DNA of 64,000 nt from a virus (lineage: Duplodnaviria > Caudoviricetes): positions 75,875-139,874 of IMG/VR virus record IMGVR_UViG_3300026549_000043. One strand, written 5' to 3'. A model generated the notes under the pieces. The model saw only the letters and a program-made list of their open reading frames with translations, made no database searches and was not told the DNA's origin. Shown here piece after piece: positions 41,892 through 51,842 of this stretch (within the stretch, counting starts at the first letter, position 1; the number at the start of each line of letters is the position of its first letter). Both the position numbers and the translations under genes were made by a program.

Positions 41892-42875
41892 ATGAAATTA
41901 CAAATTTTAATTCCACAATACAAAGAAACAGATGAAGTAGTAAAACCATTATTAGACAGTATTATGATTCAACAAAGTGTAGATTTAAAAGATGTTGGGG
42001 TAATCATTGTTAATGATGGTAGTGATGTTTATTTATCTAATGAATTTTTAAATTCCTATCCTTATAAGATAGATTATTACTTAGCAGAACATCAGGGTGT
42101 ATCAGCAACAAGAAATGCTTGTTTAGATTATGCAACAGCAGATTATGTAATGTTTTGTGATGCAGATGATATGTTCTATCATGCCTGTGGTTTATATGTT
42201 ATTTTTAGGGAAATGAATATGCCTGGTGGATTTGATGCTTTGGTATCAGCATTTTTAGAGGAAACAAGAAACCCAGAAAACAAGGAAGAAGTTGTATACA
42301 TTACTAGAGAGATGGACAGTACATTTGTTCATGGTAAAGTATATAGAAGAAAATACTTATTAGATAATAAAATCAGATTTAATCCTAAGTTAACTATTCA
42401 TGAAGATAGCTATTTCAATTGTCTTGCACAAAAGATGACAACTAATGCTAAATATTCTCCATTACCTTTCTATTTATGGAAATGGAGAGATGACAGTGTT
42501 TGTAGACATGATCCAAAATATATTTTAAAAACATATAATAATATGCTTGATTCAAATACTGCATTAGTACAAGAATTTATTAAGAGAGGAAGAATTTCTG
42601 ATGCTCAATTCTATGTAACATTTATGATTTATGATGCTTACTTCACTATGAATAAAGATGAGTGGATTAATCAGGAAAATTTAGGATATAGAAAAGCAAC
42701 AGAAAGAAGATTCAAAGAATATTATGTGACTTTTAAAGAATATTTTGAAACAATAGATAAACAAGTAAAAGCCCAGATTGTTATGAGTGTAAAGAATAGA
42801 ATGTTCCAAGAAGGTTTACTTATGGAAACAATTACTTTTGATAACTGGATTGAACATGTAGTGAAGGAGTATTAA
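41892..42875 (+). CDS. Glycosyltransferase family 2
   Basis: ILIPQY, IIVNDGSD, GVSATRN, YVMFCDADD, HED motifs. Confidence 0.9.
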   Translation: MKLQILIPQYKETDEVVKPLLDSIMIQQSVDLKDVGVIIVNDGSDVYLSNEFLNSYPYKIDYYLAEHQGVSATRNACLDYATADYVMFCDADDMFYHACGLYVIFREMNMPGGFDALVSAFLEETRNPENKEEVVYITREMDSTFVHGKVYRRKYLLDNKIRFNPKLTIHEDSYFNCLAQKMTTNAKYSPLPFYLWKWRDDSVCRHDPKYILKTYNNMLDSNTALVQEFIKRGRISDAQFYVTFMIYDAYFTMNKDEWINQENLGYRKATERRFKEYYVTFKEYFETIDKQVKAQIVMSVKNRMFQEGLLMETITFDNWIEHVVKEY

Positions 42876-42879
42876 AAAT

Positions 42880-43116
42880 ATGCCAATTGTAGTAGAATAT
42901 GAAAGAGATTTAGTACATCATTATTCAGATGCTGGATATATGATTAGAAACACAACAACTGGTGGTGTCTACCCAGATGCTTGGGACTTAGCTGAATTCA
43001 ATTATGAATATGTTGAAACTGACGAAAAGATTCCTACTGAAGAAGACGGTGAATCTGAAAGCCCAGAAGAAAGAGAATACGCTGAGGCCGGCAGAATAAT
43101 GTTAGGAGATGAATAA
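42880..43116 (+). CDS. Small tail-fibre-associated protein
   Basis: HYSDAGYMI...TG..YPDA.D...YVETD; C-terminal EYAEAGRIMLGDE. Confidence 0.6.
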   Translation: MPIVVEYERDLVHHYSDAGYMIRNTTTGGVYPDAWDLAEFNYEYVETDEKIPTEEDGESESPEEREYAEAGRIMLGDE

Positions 43117-43118
43117 AG

Positions 43119-43562
43119 ATGGCAATCGAAATTAAAAATTTTAAATCTAACGTTGGAGTAGTAATCCCAAGAGCTTATTTAAGATTAACAACCATTGAAT
43201 ATCAACCAGTAATTAGATCATTATTCTTTAAAGCTTCTGTTTTTCCTTCTCCTGATGAAAACGTTAAGCCAATTGAAGAAGATGTACAATTAGTTAGTTT
43301 CGTTGAATTTGATTATGACGGTTCTGATCTTGTAGACCACATTGAAAATTTATTACAAGAAAAAATGGATACTGTTGCAGATAAGACTCTTGAAGAATGT
43401 CAGAAGCATAATAGTTTATTAGATTTTACTATCCCTAGTACAGAAGAAGACTGGTTATCAGTCTGGGATTATGATTTTAAGAGATTTATTTCAACTGAAG
43501 ATGAACCATCTTTAGATGATGAATATATCCAGGCTGCAAAGATATTTTTAGGAGAGGAATAA
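43119..43562 (+). CDS. Hypothetical protein
   Basis: C-terminal EYIQAAKIFLGEE resembles that of the upstream gene. Confidence 0.55.
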   Translation: MAIEIKNFKSNVGVVIPRAYLRLTTIEYQPVIRSLFFKASVFPSPDENVKPIEEDVQLVSFVEFDYDGSDLVDHIENLLQEKMDTVADKTLEECQKHNSLLDFTIPSTEEDWLSVWDYDFKRFISTEDEPSLDDEYIQAAKIFLGEE

Positions 43563-43563
43563 T

Positions 43564-43962
43564 ATGAGTACAATTATTGAAAAAGCTAGATATTTAAGAA
43601 CAAAAATAGAACAGTTAGCAGAAACATTACCTGATGCGGAAGCTTTAGATTATACTGCGTTATTTAAAAATTGGGTAGCAGGTACAGATTATGCTGTGGG
43701 AGATAGGGTTAAATATGAAGACTTATTATATAAGTGTGTTCAGGCTCATACCTCACAAAGTGACTGGATGCCTGATGTAACTCCAGCTTTATGGGCAAGA
43801 GTTAGTATTGATGAGTGGCCTGAGTGGATCCAACCGACTGGAGCACAGGATGCTTATATGTCTGGGGACAAAGTTTCTCATAATGAAAAGCATTGGGTTT
43901 CAACTGCAGATAATAACGTTTGAGAGCCCGGTGTCTATGGCTGAAATGAGGTAACCGAATAA
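43564..43962 (+). CDS. CBM5/12-like carbohydrate-binding protein (132 aa, TGA=Trp)
   Basis: YAVGDRVKY...YKCVQAHTSQ.DW.P...PALW; ends NV(W)EPGVYG(W) using TGAs at 43921 and 43942. Confidence 0.85.
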
Positions 43963-43964
43963 AG

Positions 43965-44111
43965 ATGGATAAATATAATTTAACAGAGGAACAAATTTTA
44001 AATTATATTTTAATTAATAGAACAGAAGATTTTCCAATGGAACAAACATTGGAAGATTTCTATAGGAAAGTGAGAGAGTGGTGGGATAATTATGCCGAAT
44101 ACTATAAGTAA
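43965..44111 (+). CDS. 48-aa hypothetical protein
   Basis: Fills the gap between two genes; RBS gaggt upstream. Confidence 0.45.
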   Translation: MDKYNLTEEQILNYILINRTEDFPMEQTLEDFYRKVREWWDNYAEYYK

Positions 44112-44364
44112 AATTAATGGGTACAGTTTGAAGGATAATGTAAGTGGGTATACTACAAATACTGGTACCGTAACAGGTGTAACTGCAGGTACTGGTTTAA
44201 GTGGTGGTACAATTAGTACTTCAGGCACCCTTTCATTAGACACTACCAGAGCACTCACACAGGCAGAAATTGAGGCTGGAACAAACACAGAAAATAAATT
44301 AGTATCAGCTAAGACTTTGGCTGATAGTGTTAGTGGGAGCATTACTTTAAGAAAATGGAGTTAA
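44092..44364 (+). CDS. Short fibre adaptor, truncated paralogue of 38954
   Basis: KDNVSGYTTNTGTVT...LSLDTTRALT...GTNTENKLVSAKTL shared with 38954. Confidence 0.7.
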   Translation: MPNTISKINGYSLKDNVSGYTTNTGTVTGVTAGTGLSGGTISTSGTLSLDTTRALTQAEIEAGTNTENKLVSAKTLADSVSGSITLRKWS

Positions 44365-44368
44365 TCTT

Positions 44369-45352
44369 ATGGGATTAAGATTAGGATCAACAAGAATACC
44401 AGGAATAACTTTATATGAAGAAGGGAAAGCATACCCTAAAGGATTAGTAAATATTGATGCAGATGTATCAAGTACTTTTGATGTAACAAATTATGCATTT
44501 GCTAAGGTTACTAATATTCCAAAACCTGTAGATTATTTTGCTCAATATGCTACTGATACTTTAGTTAGTTATAGCAACAGTAATGTTACTAGTTTACCTG
44601 TTTATGCTTTTTATGGTAGAAGTAATCTAAAAGAAATTAATTTCCCTAATTGTACAACTATTGGAACCGGTGCATTTACATATTGTACCGGGTTAACCTC
44701 AGTAAGTTTCCAAGCTTGTACAACTATTGGTACTTCTGCATTTACATATTGTTCTTCCTTAACTACAGCCAATTTCCCAGCTTGTACAACTATTGGTAAT
44801 TCTGCTTTTGCCACGTGTTCATCCTTATCTTCAATTAGCTTTCCTTTGTGTAGTGTAATAGGTAGCTACGGATTTTATGGGTGTATCTCTCTTGCTGAAG
44901 CCAATTTTCCTTCTTGTATAAAAATATCTGATCTAGCCTTTAATAATGATACATCTTTAATCAGGGTAAGTTTTCCAAATTGTACTACTATTGGTACTTA
45001 TGTCTTCACCAGTTGTCACTCTCTATCTGATGTATATCTACCAGTTTGTACATCTATTGGTCAGTACACTTTTGGTTTTTGTAGTCAACTATCAATGATC
45101 AGTTTCCCGAGTTGTACCTATATTGATCTTGATGCGTTTGAAGGGTGTTTTAACTTGTTATCGTTATATTTAATGGGTAGTAGTTTATGTTATTTAGCCT
45201 CTACAAATGCGTTTATCTCAACTCCAATAAGTAACTACACCACATCAACAGGTGGAGTACATGGATCAATCTACGTGCCGGCTAGTTTACTGGCCTCTTA
45301 TCAATCAGCTACTAACTGGGTTAATTTCTCATCAAGATTTGTAGGAGTATAA
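44369..45352 (+). CDS. Cys-rich BspA-like LRR protein
   Basis: About nine 22-aa FPxCTxIGxxAFxxCxxL repeats plus a conserved C-terminal cap. Confidence 0.85.
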   Translation: MGLRLGSTRIPGITLYEEGKAYPKGLVNIDADVSSTFDVTNYAFAKVTNIPKPVDYFAQYATDTLVSYSNSNVTSLPVYAFYGRSNLKEINFPNCTTIGTGAFTYCTGLTSVSFQACTTIGTSAFTYCSSLTTANFPACTTIGNSAFATCSSLSSISFPLCSVIGSYGFYGCISLAEANFPSCIKISDLAFNNDTSLIRVSFPNCTTIGTYVFTSCHSLSDVYLPVCTSIGQYTFGFCSQLSMISFPSCTYIDLDAFEGCFNLLSLYLMGSSLCYLASTNAFISTPISNYTTSTGGVHGSIYVPASLLASYQSATNWVNFSSRFVGV

Positions 45353-45356
45353 TATT

Positions 45357-46259
45357 ATGGGAATAAATATTAGTTCAAATTATATACCAGCAATTAATAT
45401 AAATACAGGTATATCTGTTTCAGGAACTTTATCTGTAAATAGTAATTCTCTTTATGATGTTACAAATTATCAAACAGTAAATATAACCGGGGCCGAAGAT
45501 CTTTTAAAAACAAGATTAAATACACCTTCACAAATTACCAGTTATAGTAATGATAACTTAACCTATCTAGCTCCTGCGACGTTTTATTCAACGGGGATTA
45601 CAGCGGTAGATCTCACTGCTTGTACAAGTATTGGTAGTTATACATTTTATCAATGTTCATCATTAACTACAGCTAATTTTCCAAGTTGTACAACCATTGG
45701 TAACTACGCATTTTCAGGCTGTTACTTATTATCTACCGTAAGTTTCCCAGCCTGTACAAGCATGGGTAATTATGCCGTATTTTATAGCTGTCGATCCTTG
45801 ACCTCAGTTGATTTTCCTGTTTGTATAAACGTTGGCGTTTCAGCCTTTCGAGGCTGTTCATCCTTAACTACAGCTAATTTTCCAAGTTGTACAAGGATTG
45901 GTAACTACGCATTTTCAGGCTGTTACTTATTATCTACCGTAAGTTTCCCAGCCTGTACATACATTACTAACTATGCCTTTGCCTATTGTTACTTATTATC
46001 CTCAGTAAGTTTCCCAAGTTGTACAAGGATTGGTAGTGCTGCATTTAGAAATTGTTACCATCTACTTTCATTATACTTACTAGGCAGCAGTTTGTGCTCA
46101 TTGGGTAATGCTAATGCTTTTTCTTCTACACCAATCTCTGGATATACCACATCAACCGGCGGGGTATATGGTTCAATCTATGTACCTGCATCATTATATA
46201 ATTCCTATATAGTGTCAACAAATTGAGTAAACTACTCTTCAAGGTTTGTTAGTGTATAA
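45357..46259 (+). CDS. Cys-rich BspA-like LRR protein (TGA=Trp)
   Basis: Same repeats; ends TN(W)VNYSSRFVSV where both paralogues have TN-TGG-V. Confidence 0.85.
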
Positions 46260-46283
46260 TATCATAAAAGGAGGAAATATTTA

Positions 46284-46838
46284 ATGCCAACAACAGATAC
46301 AAAAATAAAATCTCCTATAGTTAATGTATTAACTAAGGCACAATATAATTCAATATCTTCTCCAAGTTCAGAAGAATTTTACTTAATAACTGATGATACA
46401 AATATTGTTGCAGGAAATGGTATTGAAGTCACTACTAGTAGTAATGGGGAAACATTAGTTTCTTTAAAGGAATCTACCTTATGGACAGGTATTCTTAAAG
46501 GTGGTAATACCCTATCACTTGACGTAAGTAATTATGACCACTTGAGAGTATATGCCAAGTTATTTGCTGTAATTGCTATATATGAGATAGATTTAACAAC
46601 GATTAATAATATTGTGCAGATAGACGGTTATAGATATGGTAATGGAACAGTTGTTTCTGAGTTTACGGCAGATGGTACTTTGGAATACTTAATATCACAG
46701 AGCCTTGTATCAACAGATAAGAAAACCTTCTATCATTATCATTGTGGTTATTCATCATTAAGCGGATCTTATACTTCAAAAGATAACGATAGTGCTGGTA
46801 ATTACTATGTTTATAAAATTGATGGTATACGAGGATAA
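46284..46838 (+). CDS. Fibre-associated protein
   Basis: NVLTKAQYNSI....EFYLI N-terminal motif typical of fibre proteins. Confidence 0.55.
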   Translation: MPTTDTKIKSPIVNVLTKAQYNSISSPSSEEFYLITDDTNIVAGNGIEVTTSSNGETLVSLKESTLWTGILKGGNTLSLDVSNYDHLRVYAKLFAVIAIYEIDLTTINNIVQIDGYRYGNGTVVSEFTADGTLEYLISQSLVSTDKKTFYHYHCGYSSLSGSYTSKDNDSAGNYYVYKIDGIRG

Positions 46839-46908
46839 AAATTTAATTTAACTATATGAAATAAATACTATTAATTTTAATTAATATATAAAGAAAGGAA
46901 CGTGTTAA

Positions 46909-48090
46909 ATGACAGTTCAGATTTATGAAAAAGACTTTCCTATTTATTCATTAGATTTTATAAAATCTAATAAACATTGGATTTCAGCCTATGGTGGATT
47001 TAATGGATTATCTCCTTATTATGCTGAAGATTCAAGAACAGGCCTTACTATACCTAACTGTGTACCAATGGTATATGGTTATTGGCATTGTATGGGTGAA
47101 TGCACAACGCCAAAGGAATTAAAATTATCTCCATATAATGCTAATTCTTTCTTTGGTTACCCAGATGGTTATGAAAGAAGCGAGACTGTACCGAAGGTAG
47201 GAGCTATCATTTGTTGGAAGGGTGGCTCTGATGGTTATGGTCATGTAGCAATTGTTACTAAGGTTAGAGAGAATTCAAATGGAACATATACTATTAATAC
47301 CTTAAATAGTGCTTACAAATCAACTATTTATTATGAAAGAGAATTAACGACACCATTTAATTTTAGAAGTTATGTTTGTCAGGGATTTATCTATTGCCCA
47401 TTTATTATTCCAGATCCGGCTCCACAGCCAACACCAAGTGATAAGTTCGAAATTGGTGATGATGTAGTTGTTGATGGACCTTTATATAAGAGCTCTAATG
47501 CTACAGTAGAAGCTGGATATGCTGATGATGTAATTACTAAGGTTACTAGAAAGAATCCTGGATCAGCCCACCCTTATAATACCACAGGTGATTTAGGTTG
47601 GTGTGATGAAAGTTCATTAACTAAATATGTAGCTCCTACTCCTACACCAGATCCAGAACCAACTCCTGAGCCAACCCCTGAACCAGAGCCAGCTCCAACT
47701 TATAAATATAAAGTTGGGGATAGAGTTATCATTACAGGAGACTTATATAGAGCTAGTTATAGTGAAGAACCAGCTGGTTATATTAAGGATAAGGTTACTA
47801 CAATTACTCGTTTGGCTGAAGGTGCTCCACATCCATATAATACCACAGGTGATTTAGGTTGGATGGATGAAGACTCTATTAAACCATACGAAGAAGATGT
47901 ATTAAAAGTTGGAGATAAGGTAGAGCCTATCACAAATAAACAATATAATGGTAGATATGCTGTCCGTTGGGATGAATACTATTATATTACAGAGTTACAG
48001 GGTGATAGAGCTGTATTATCTGCTAAGCGTGGTAATAAAATGGTAGTATGGTGTGCCATGAATGTTAATAATTTAAGGAAGGTTGACTAA
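46909..48090 (+). CDS. CHAP-domain endolysin with repeated cell-wall-binding domains
   Basis: PNCV, PKVGAIICW, GHVAIV; PEPT linker; duplicated HPYNTTGDLGW domain. Confidence 0.85.
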   Translation: MTVQIYEKDFPIYSLDFIKSNKHWISAYGGFNGLSPYYAEDSRTGLTIPNCVPMVYGYWHCMGECTTPKELKLSPYNANSFFGYPDGYERSETVPKVGAIICWKGGSDGYGHVAIVTKVRENSNGTYTINTLNSAYKSTIYYERELTTPFNFRSYVCQGFIYCPFIIPDPAPQPTPSDKFEIGDDVVVDGPLYKSSNATVEAGYADDVITKVTRKNPGSAHPYNTTGDLGWCDESSLTKYVAPTPTPDPEPTPEPTPEPEPAPTYKYKVGDRVIITGDLYRASYSEEPAGYIKDKVTTITRLAEGAPHPYNTTGDLGWMDEDSIKPYEEDVLKVGDKVEPITNKQYNGRYAVRWDEYYYITELQGDRAVLSAKRGNKMVVWCAMNVNNLRKVD

Positions 48091-48091
48091 A

Positions 48092-48382
48092 ATGAACATG
48101 GATGAATTTATTATTTTACCGATAGCTATTGGTGTAATGATTTGTACTGAAGTTATTAAAAAGATAGCTTTCAAGGATGAAGATTTAAGAGATAGATTCG
48201 TACCATTGGTAGCTATTGTTTTAGGTGTATTATTTAATACTTGGTATAACCAGTGGCAGTTTGATTATACTGTGTTCTTAAATGGCTTAGCTAGTGGCTT
48301 TGCTGGAATTGGTACATTCTCAGCATTAAATTCTACTTTTAAGGAACCTATAGCTAAATTAAAAGCTAAGAGCTCAATTTAA
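48092..48382 (+). CDS. Holin
   Basis: Three hydrophobic segments, FVPLVAIVLGVL and GLASGFAGIG; follows the endolysin. Tandem Met codons leave the exact start uncertain. Confidence 0.75.
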   Translation: MNMDEFIILPIAIGVMICTEVIKKIAFKDEDLRDRFVPLVAIVLGVLFNTWYNQWQFDYTVFLNGLASGFAGIGTFSALNSTFKEPIAKLKAKSSI

Positions 48383-48414
48383 TTTTATAATATTTTCTAA
48401 GGTCTTACCCTACT

Positions 48415-48429
48415 GCTAAATTTATTATA
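48415..48429 (+). promoter_or_regulatory. GCTAAATT promoter motif enclosed by a 12-bp inverted repeat
   Basis: taaggtcttacc (48398-48409) and ggtaagacctta (48433-48444) flank GCTAAATTTATTATA. Confidence 0.65.
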
Positions 48430-48450
48430 TAAGGTAAGACCTTATTTTGA

Positions 48451-49266
48451 ATGAGAGGTGTTCTTATGTTAGATCATGGTCTTGGATGTATTTGTAGTCC
48501 TACTGATGTTAGAGATTATAAATTAGCTAGGTCATCAGTTTCTTCAGTAGAGTTGCCTGAATCTTTTGAATGTGAAAAAAGAAGTAGAGTTAAAGATCAG
48601 AGGTCAGTTGGATCTTGTGTAGCTCATGCTGCTAGCTCAATATTAGAATATCATTATTCTCCTAATAATAGATTATCTACTAATTTTATTTATGGAATAC
48701 ATTATAAATTATTCGGGTCAGAAGGTCCTGGAGTTAGTCTAAGGGAAGCTTGTAAGATTATTTCTAAATATGGTGACCCTGAATTAAAATATTGTCCAGG
48801 TAATACTGAAGTAGAAAAAGTTTATGATTTAGCAGAAGAGTGTTTTGATAATCCTGAGGCTATGGAAAACGCCTCTAAATATAAAATAGATAATTATGTA
48901 AAATTATTAAGTGATAAAGATATTAAATATTCTATTTTTAATTACGGACCGGTATTAGCTGCTATAGAATGATTTGATTATAATGGCTGTGATTTTAAAG
49001 GTAAGCTAATAAAAAATGGTATATCTGAAGGTTACCATGCTATTATTATATATGGGTGAAATAAGGATGGATGGCTATGTCAAAATTCATGGGGTATAAC
49101 TTGAGGAAAGTCCGGATATTTTATTCTCCCTTATGATTATAAAATAAGAGAAAGTTATTCATTTGTGCCATCTTCATCTTTTGAAGAATTAGAAGTCCCA
49201 AAAAGAAATTCTTTCTTAGATGTATTTTATAAGATTATTAATTGGATTTTAAATTTTTGGGGGTAA
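48451..49266 (+). CDS. Papain-like C1 cysteine peptidase (TGA=Trp)
   Basis: DQRSVGSCVAHA. The catalytic HAIIIYG(W) and QNSWGIT(W)GKSGY appear only if TGA at 48970, 49057 and 49102 is read through. Confidence 0.88.
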
Positions 49267-49268
49267 AA

Positions 49269-49913
49269 GTGAAGATTTGTATTGGAATTATTAGTTATTT
49301 ACCAGATAACCAAGACATCAAATTAAAACGTTTATCAAAGTTAAATAATTTAATTTCAAGCTGTGATAGGCTTTTTAAATTACCAATAATTATCATTTCT
49401 CAAAATTGAAATGAAGTTAAATTAAATAAATTAAATGATTCAAAGTTAATTATATATAACTATAAAAACCCATTAGGTATTACTAAGGCTAGAAAAGAAT
49501 TAAGGAAAAAATTTTTGTCTTCTGAATATGACTATCTAATAATGTTAGACGACGATAGTGAATTAACTGGTACCCCTGAAGGTGCTCAGGGATATTTAGA
49601 TCAAATTTATGAACACCCAGATATGTATGGAGTTTTTAAATCAATGTTATTAAAATTATTTGCTATATCAAGGACGGTTTATCAATTAGTTGATTTTCCT
49701 GATTTAGAAGCCGGAAAAGGTGAATTTTTTGAAGATATGTATTTAATAATGTCTCTGAATAAAAAATATCCAGATAAAAAATTTATTTTTAAAAGATATG
49801 GAATAAATGAAAGTTCGAATTCTTCAAGTGACCCATTATCTACTTGGTATCATAAACAATTCATAAAAAGAAATATGGGTGATAGAACTCGTGAACTAGT
49901 GAGGAATCTTTAA
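49269..49913 (+). CDS. GT-A fold glycosyltransferase-like protein (TGA=Trp)
   Basis: GTG start; LGITKARKELR...YDYLIMLDDD, FFED; TGA at 49407. Confidence 0.75.
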
Positions 49914-49914
49914 G

Positions 49915-50574
49915 ATGTTAAGAAAGTGTATTGGAATAATAAGTTATTTCCCTGATGATTTAAAAGAGATACGGGAATCAGATTTAAATAATTTATTAAG
50001 AGATTGTTCTACTTATTTCCCATGAGTTGATGTTATTATTGTAGCTCAAAATTATAAAGGGTACATCCCTAAGTCTAATAAAAATAGAATAATTTTATAT
50101 TCTTATAAAGATAAACTGGGAATCACTGGTGCTAGAAAAAAGTTAAGAGAAATATTTATTAATTCTGAGTATGATTATCTAATAATGATGGATGACGACA
50201 ATCAAATACTTGGAAATACTAATAATAATCTATTAGAAGTTTTAGAGAATAACCCAGATAAATTTATTTGTTTCAATTGAGATTTTGGGCAATTATATTT
50301 ATTTACCATTTCAAAATCACTTTTTAAAAAAGTTGAATACCCAGAGTTAACTGCAGAGAATGGAGAAATCTTCGAAGACTTGTATTTATCTCAGATATGT
50401 AAAGCTTTATGCCCTAATTATATCGATTCTAAAGAAATAAATATTACTAGTAAAACTAGTGGTGATAAAAGTACTTGGTGGAATAATTCTTATAACTTAA
50501 AAAGAATGGTAGCTAATACTTATAAATTAATTGATAGTGATTTAAAAAATAAATATGGAACAATTAAAAAATAG
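49915..50574 (+). CDS. GT-A fold glycosyltransferase-like protein, tandem paralogue (TGA=Trp)
   Basis: CIGIISY.P, LGITGARKKLR...YDYLIMMDDD, IFED; TGAs at 50023 and 50278. Confidence 0.75.
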
Positions 50575-50592
50575 AAGTCAGCTTCTATTTTT
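50567..50592 (+). terminator. Intrinsic terminator
   Basis: aaaaatagaag-tcag-cttctattttt. Confidence 0.7.
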
Positions 50593-50596
50593 ATTA

Positions 50597-50611
50597 GCTA
50601 AATTAAATATA
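50597..50611 (+). promoter_or_regulatory. GCTAAATT promoter motif
   Basis: GCTAAATTAAATATA, RBS aggagg, ATG at 50632. Confidence 0.7.
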
Positions 50612-50631
50612 TATAGGTTAGGAGGAAAGAT

Positions 50632-51825
50632 ATGGCTGTTGATAAAATAGATACAAAGGGATTAATCCCAACGACTAATTCATCTACTAATCAAGTAAAT
50701 AGTCAAATATTTACTACTAACCAAAATGCTAGTATGAATGTGGCTGAATCTGGAGGAACCTTTTCTTTTCTTTATGATCCAAGTATTTCTGAGCCTATTT
50801 TAGATATAAAAAATGATGATGATAATCTTTATGTAACTAAAATATCTAACTATAATAATTTTTATTATAAACGTGGTTATCATTATAAAAATAACGCTTT
50901 CCCAAGTGGTGGCTATAGTACAGCTATGAATATGTATTCTGATAACTGAGATAGAAGTTGGTATTCTAAACAAGGTTATAATAATGCCTCTAAATTTGAT
51001 AATTATACTGTCTTAGCTAATTGTGTAGGGTGGGCCAACGCTAGAGTATTAGAAGTTTGAAATAGAGCTTTAAAGAATGGATATATAAAATATGATGCTA
51101 GTAAGCAGGGTTATTTTTTAAAGAATGGTTCTCCAATTACTGGTAGAGTTTATGATAATGTAACAGGTAATGGCCCTACACCACCAGCTTGTAATGCCGT
51201 CAATTTTTATAAATATTGGCCAACGGCTACTGGATGGTCTAAGGGGTCTGAGCCAAAGGTAGGAGCTTTAATTGTTTGAGGAGCTCATTATAGTACTTCT
51301 GGTAACCCTGGACATGTAGCTTTTGTAGAAAAGGTAGAAGATAATGGCGATATAATTATTTCAGAATCTTCTGCTGCTAATAGTGGTATACATTGGCTGG
51401 TTCAGTTATATAAATTGAAAAAAAGTAATGGCTATACTAGATACTACGATCATGTCTTAGTAGGATTCTGTTATTCACCTGTATGTGAATTAGCTAGTAG
51501 TAATGGATATAGAACTGTTACGGAATTCGGTGGTATTATCGAACCTACACCTGAACAAATAGAAGCTTACAATAAGGCTGTTGAAAATATTTCAGGATTA
51601 ACCGTCGAAGTTGAATTTGATCCCAACGATAAAGTTGAAATTGTATGGTTAGGTAGTAAAGATCCTAATGGAGATTTTAGTATAAAAAGCAGAGTTAATA
51701 ATATGGGTGTAATTGGTATAGTCGGTAACAAAATAAATGGAGCTAAATTCCCATATCCGGTTAGACCAATTAACAGTAATTATATAATAGGCTATTACCG
51801 ATGAGAAGATTTAAAACGTGTATAA
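50632..51825 (+). CDS. Second CHAP-domain hydrolase (397 aa, four TGA=Trp)
   Basis: ANCVGW...PKVGALIV(W)G...GHVAFVE...ISES; TGAs at 50947, 51058, 51277, 51802. Confidence 0.82.
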
Positions 51826-51842
51826 TATAATGAGGTTAATAG

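Noticed and set aside
41600-46259. Diversity-generating retroelement acting on the LRR C-termini
   Set aside because: Differences between copies are largely synonymous and not adenine-specific, and there is no reverse transcriptase in the window.
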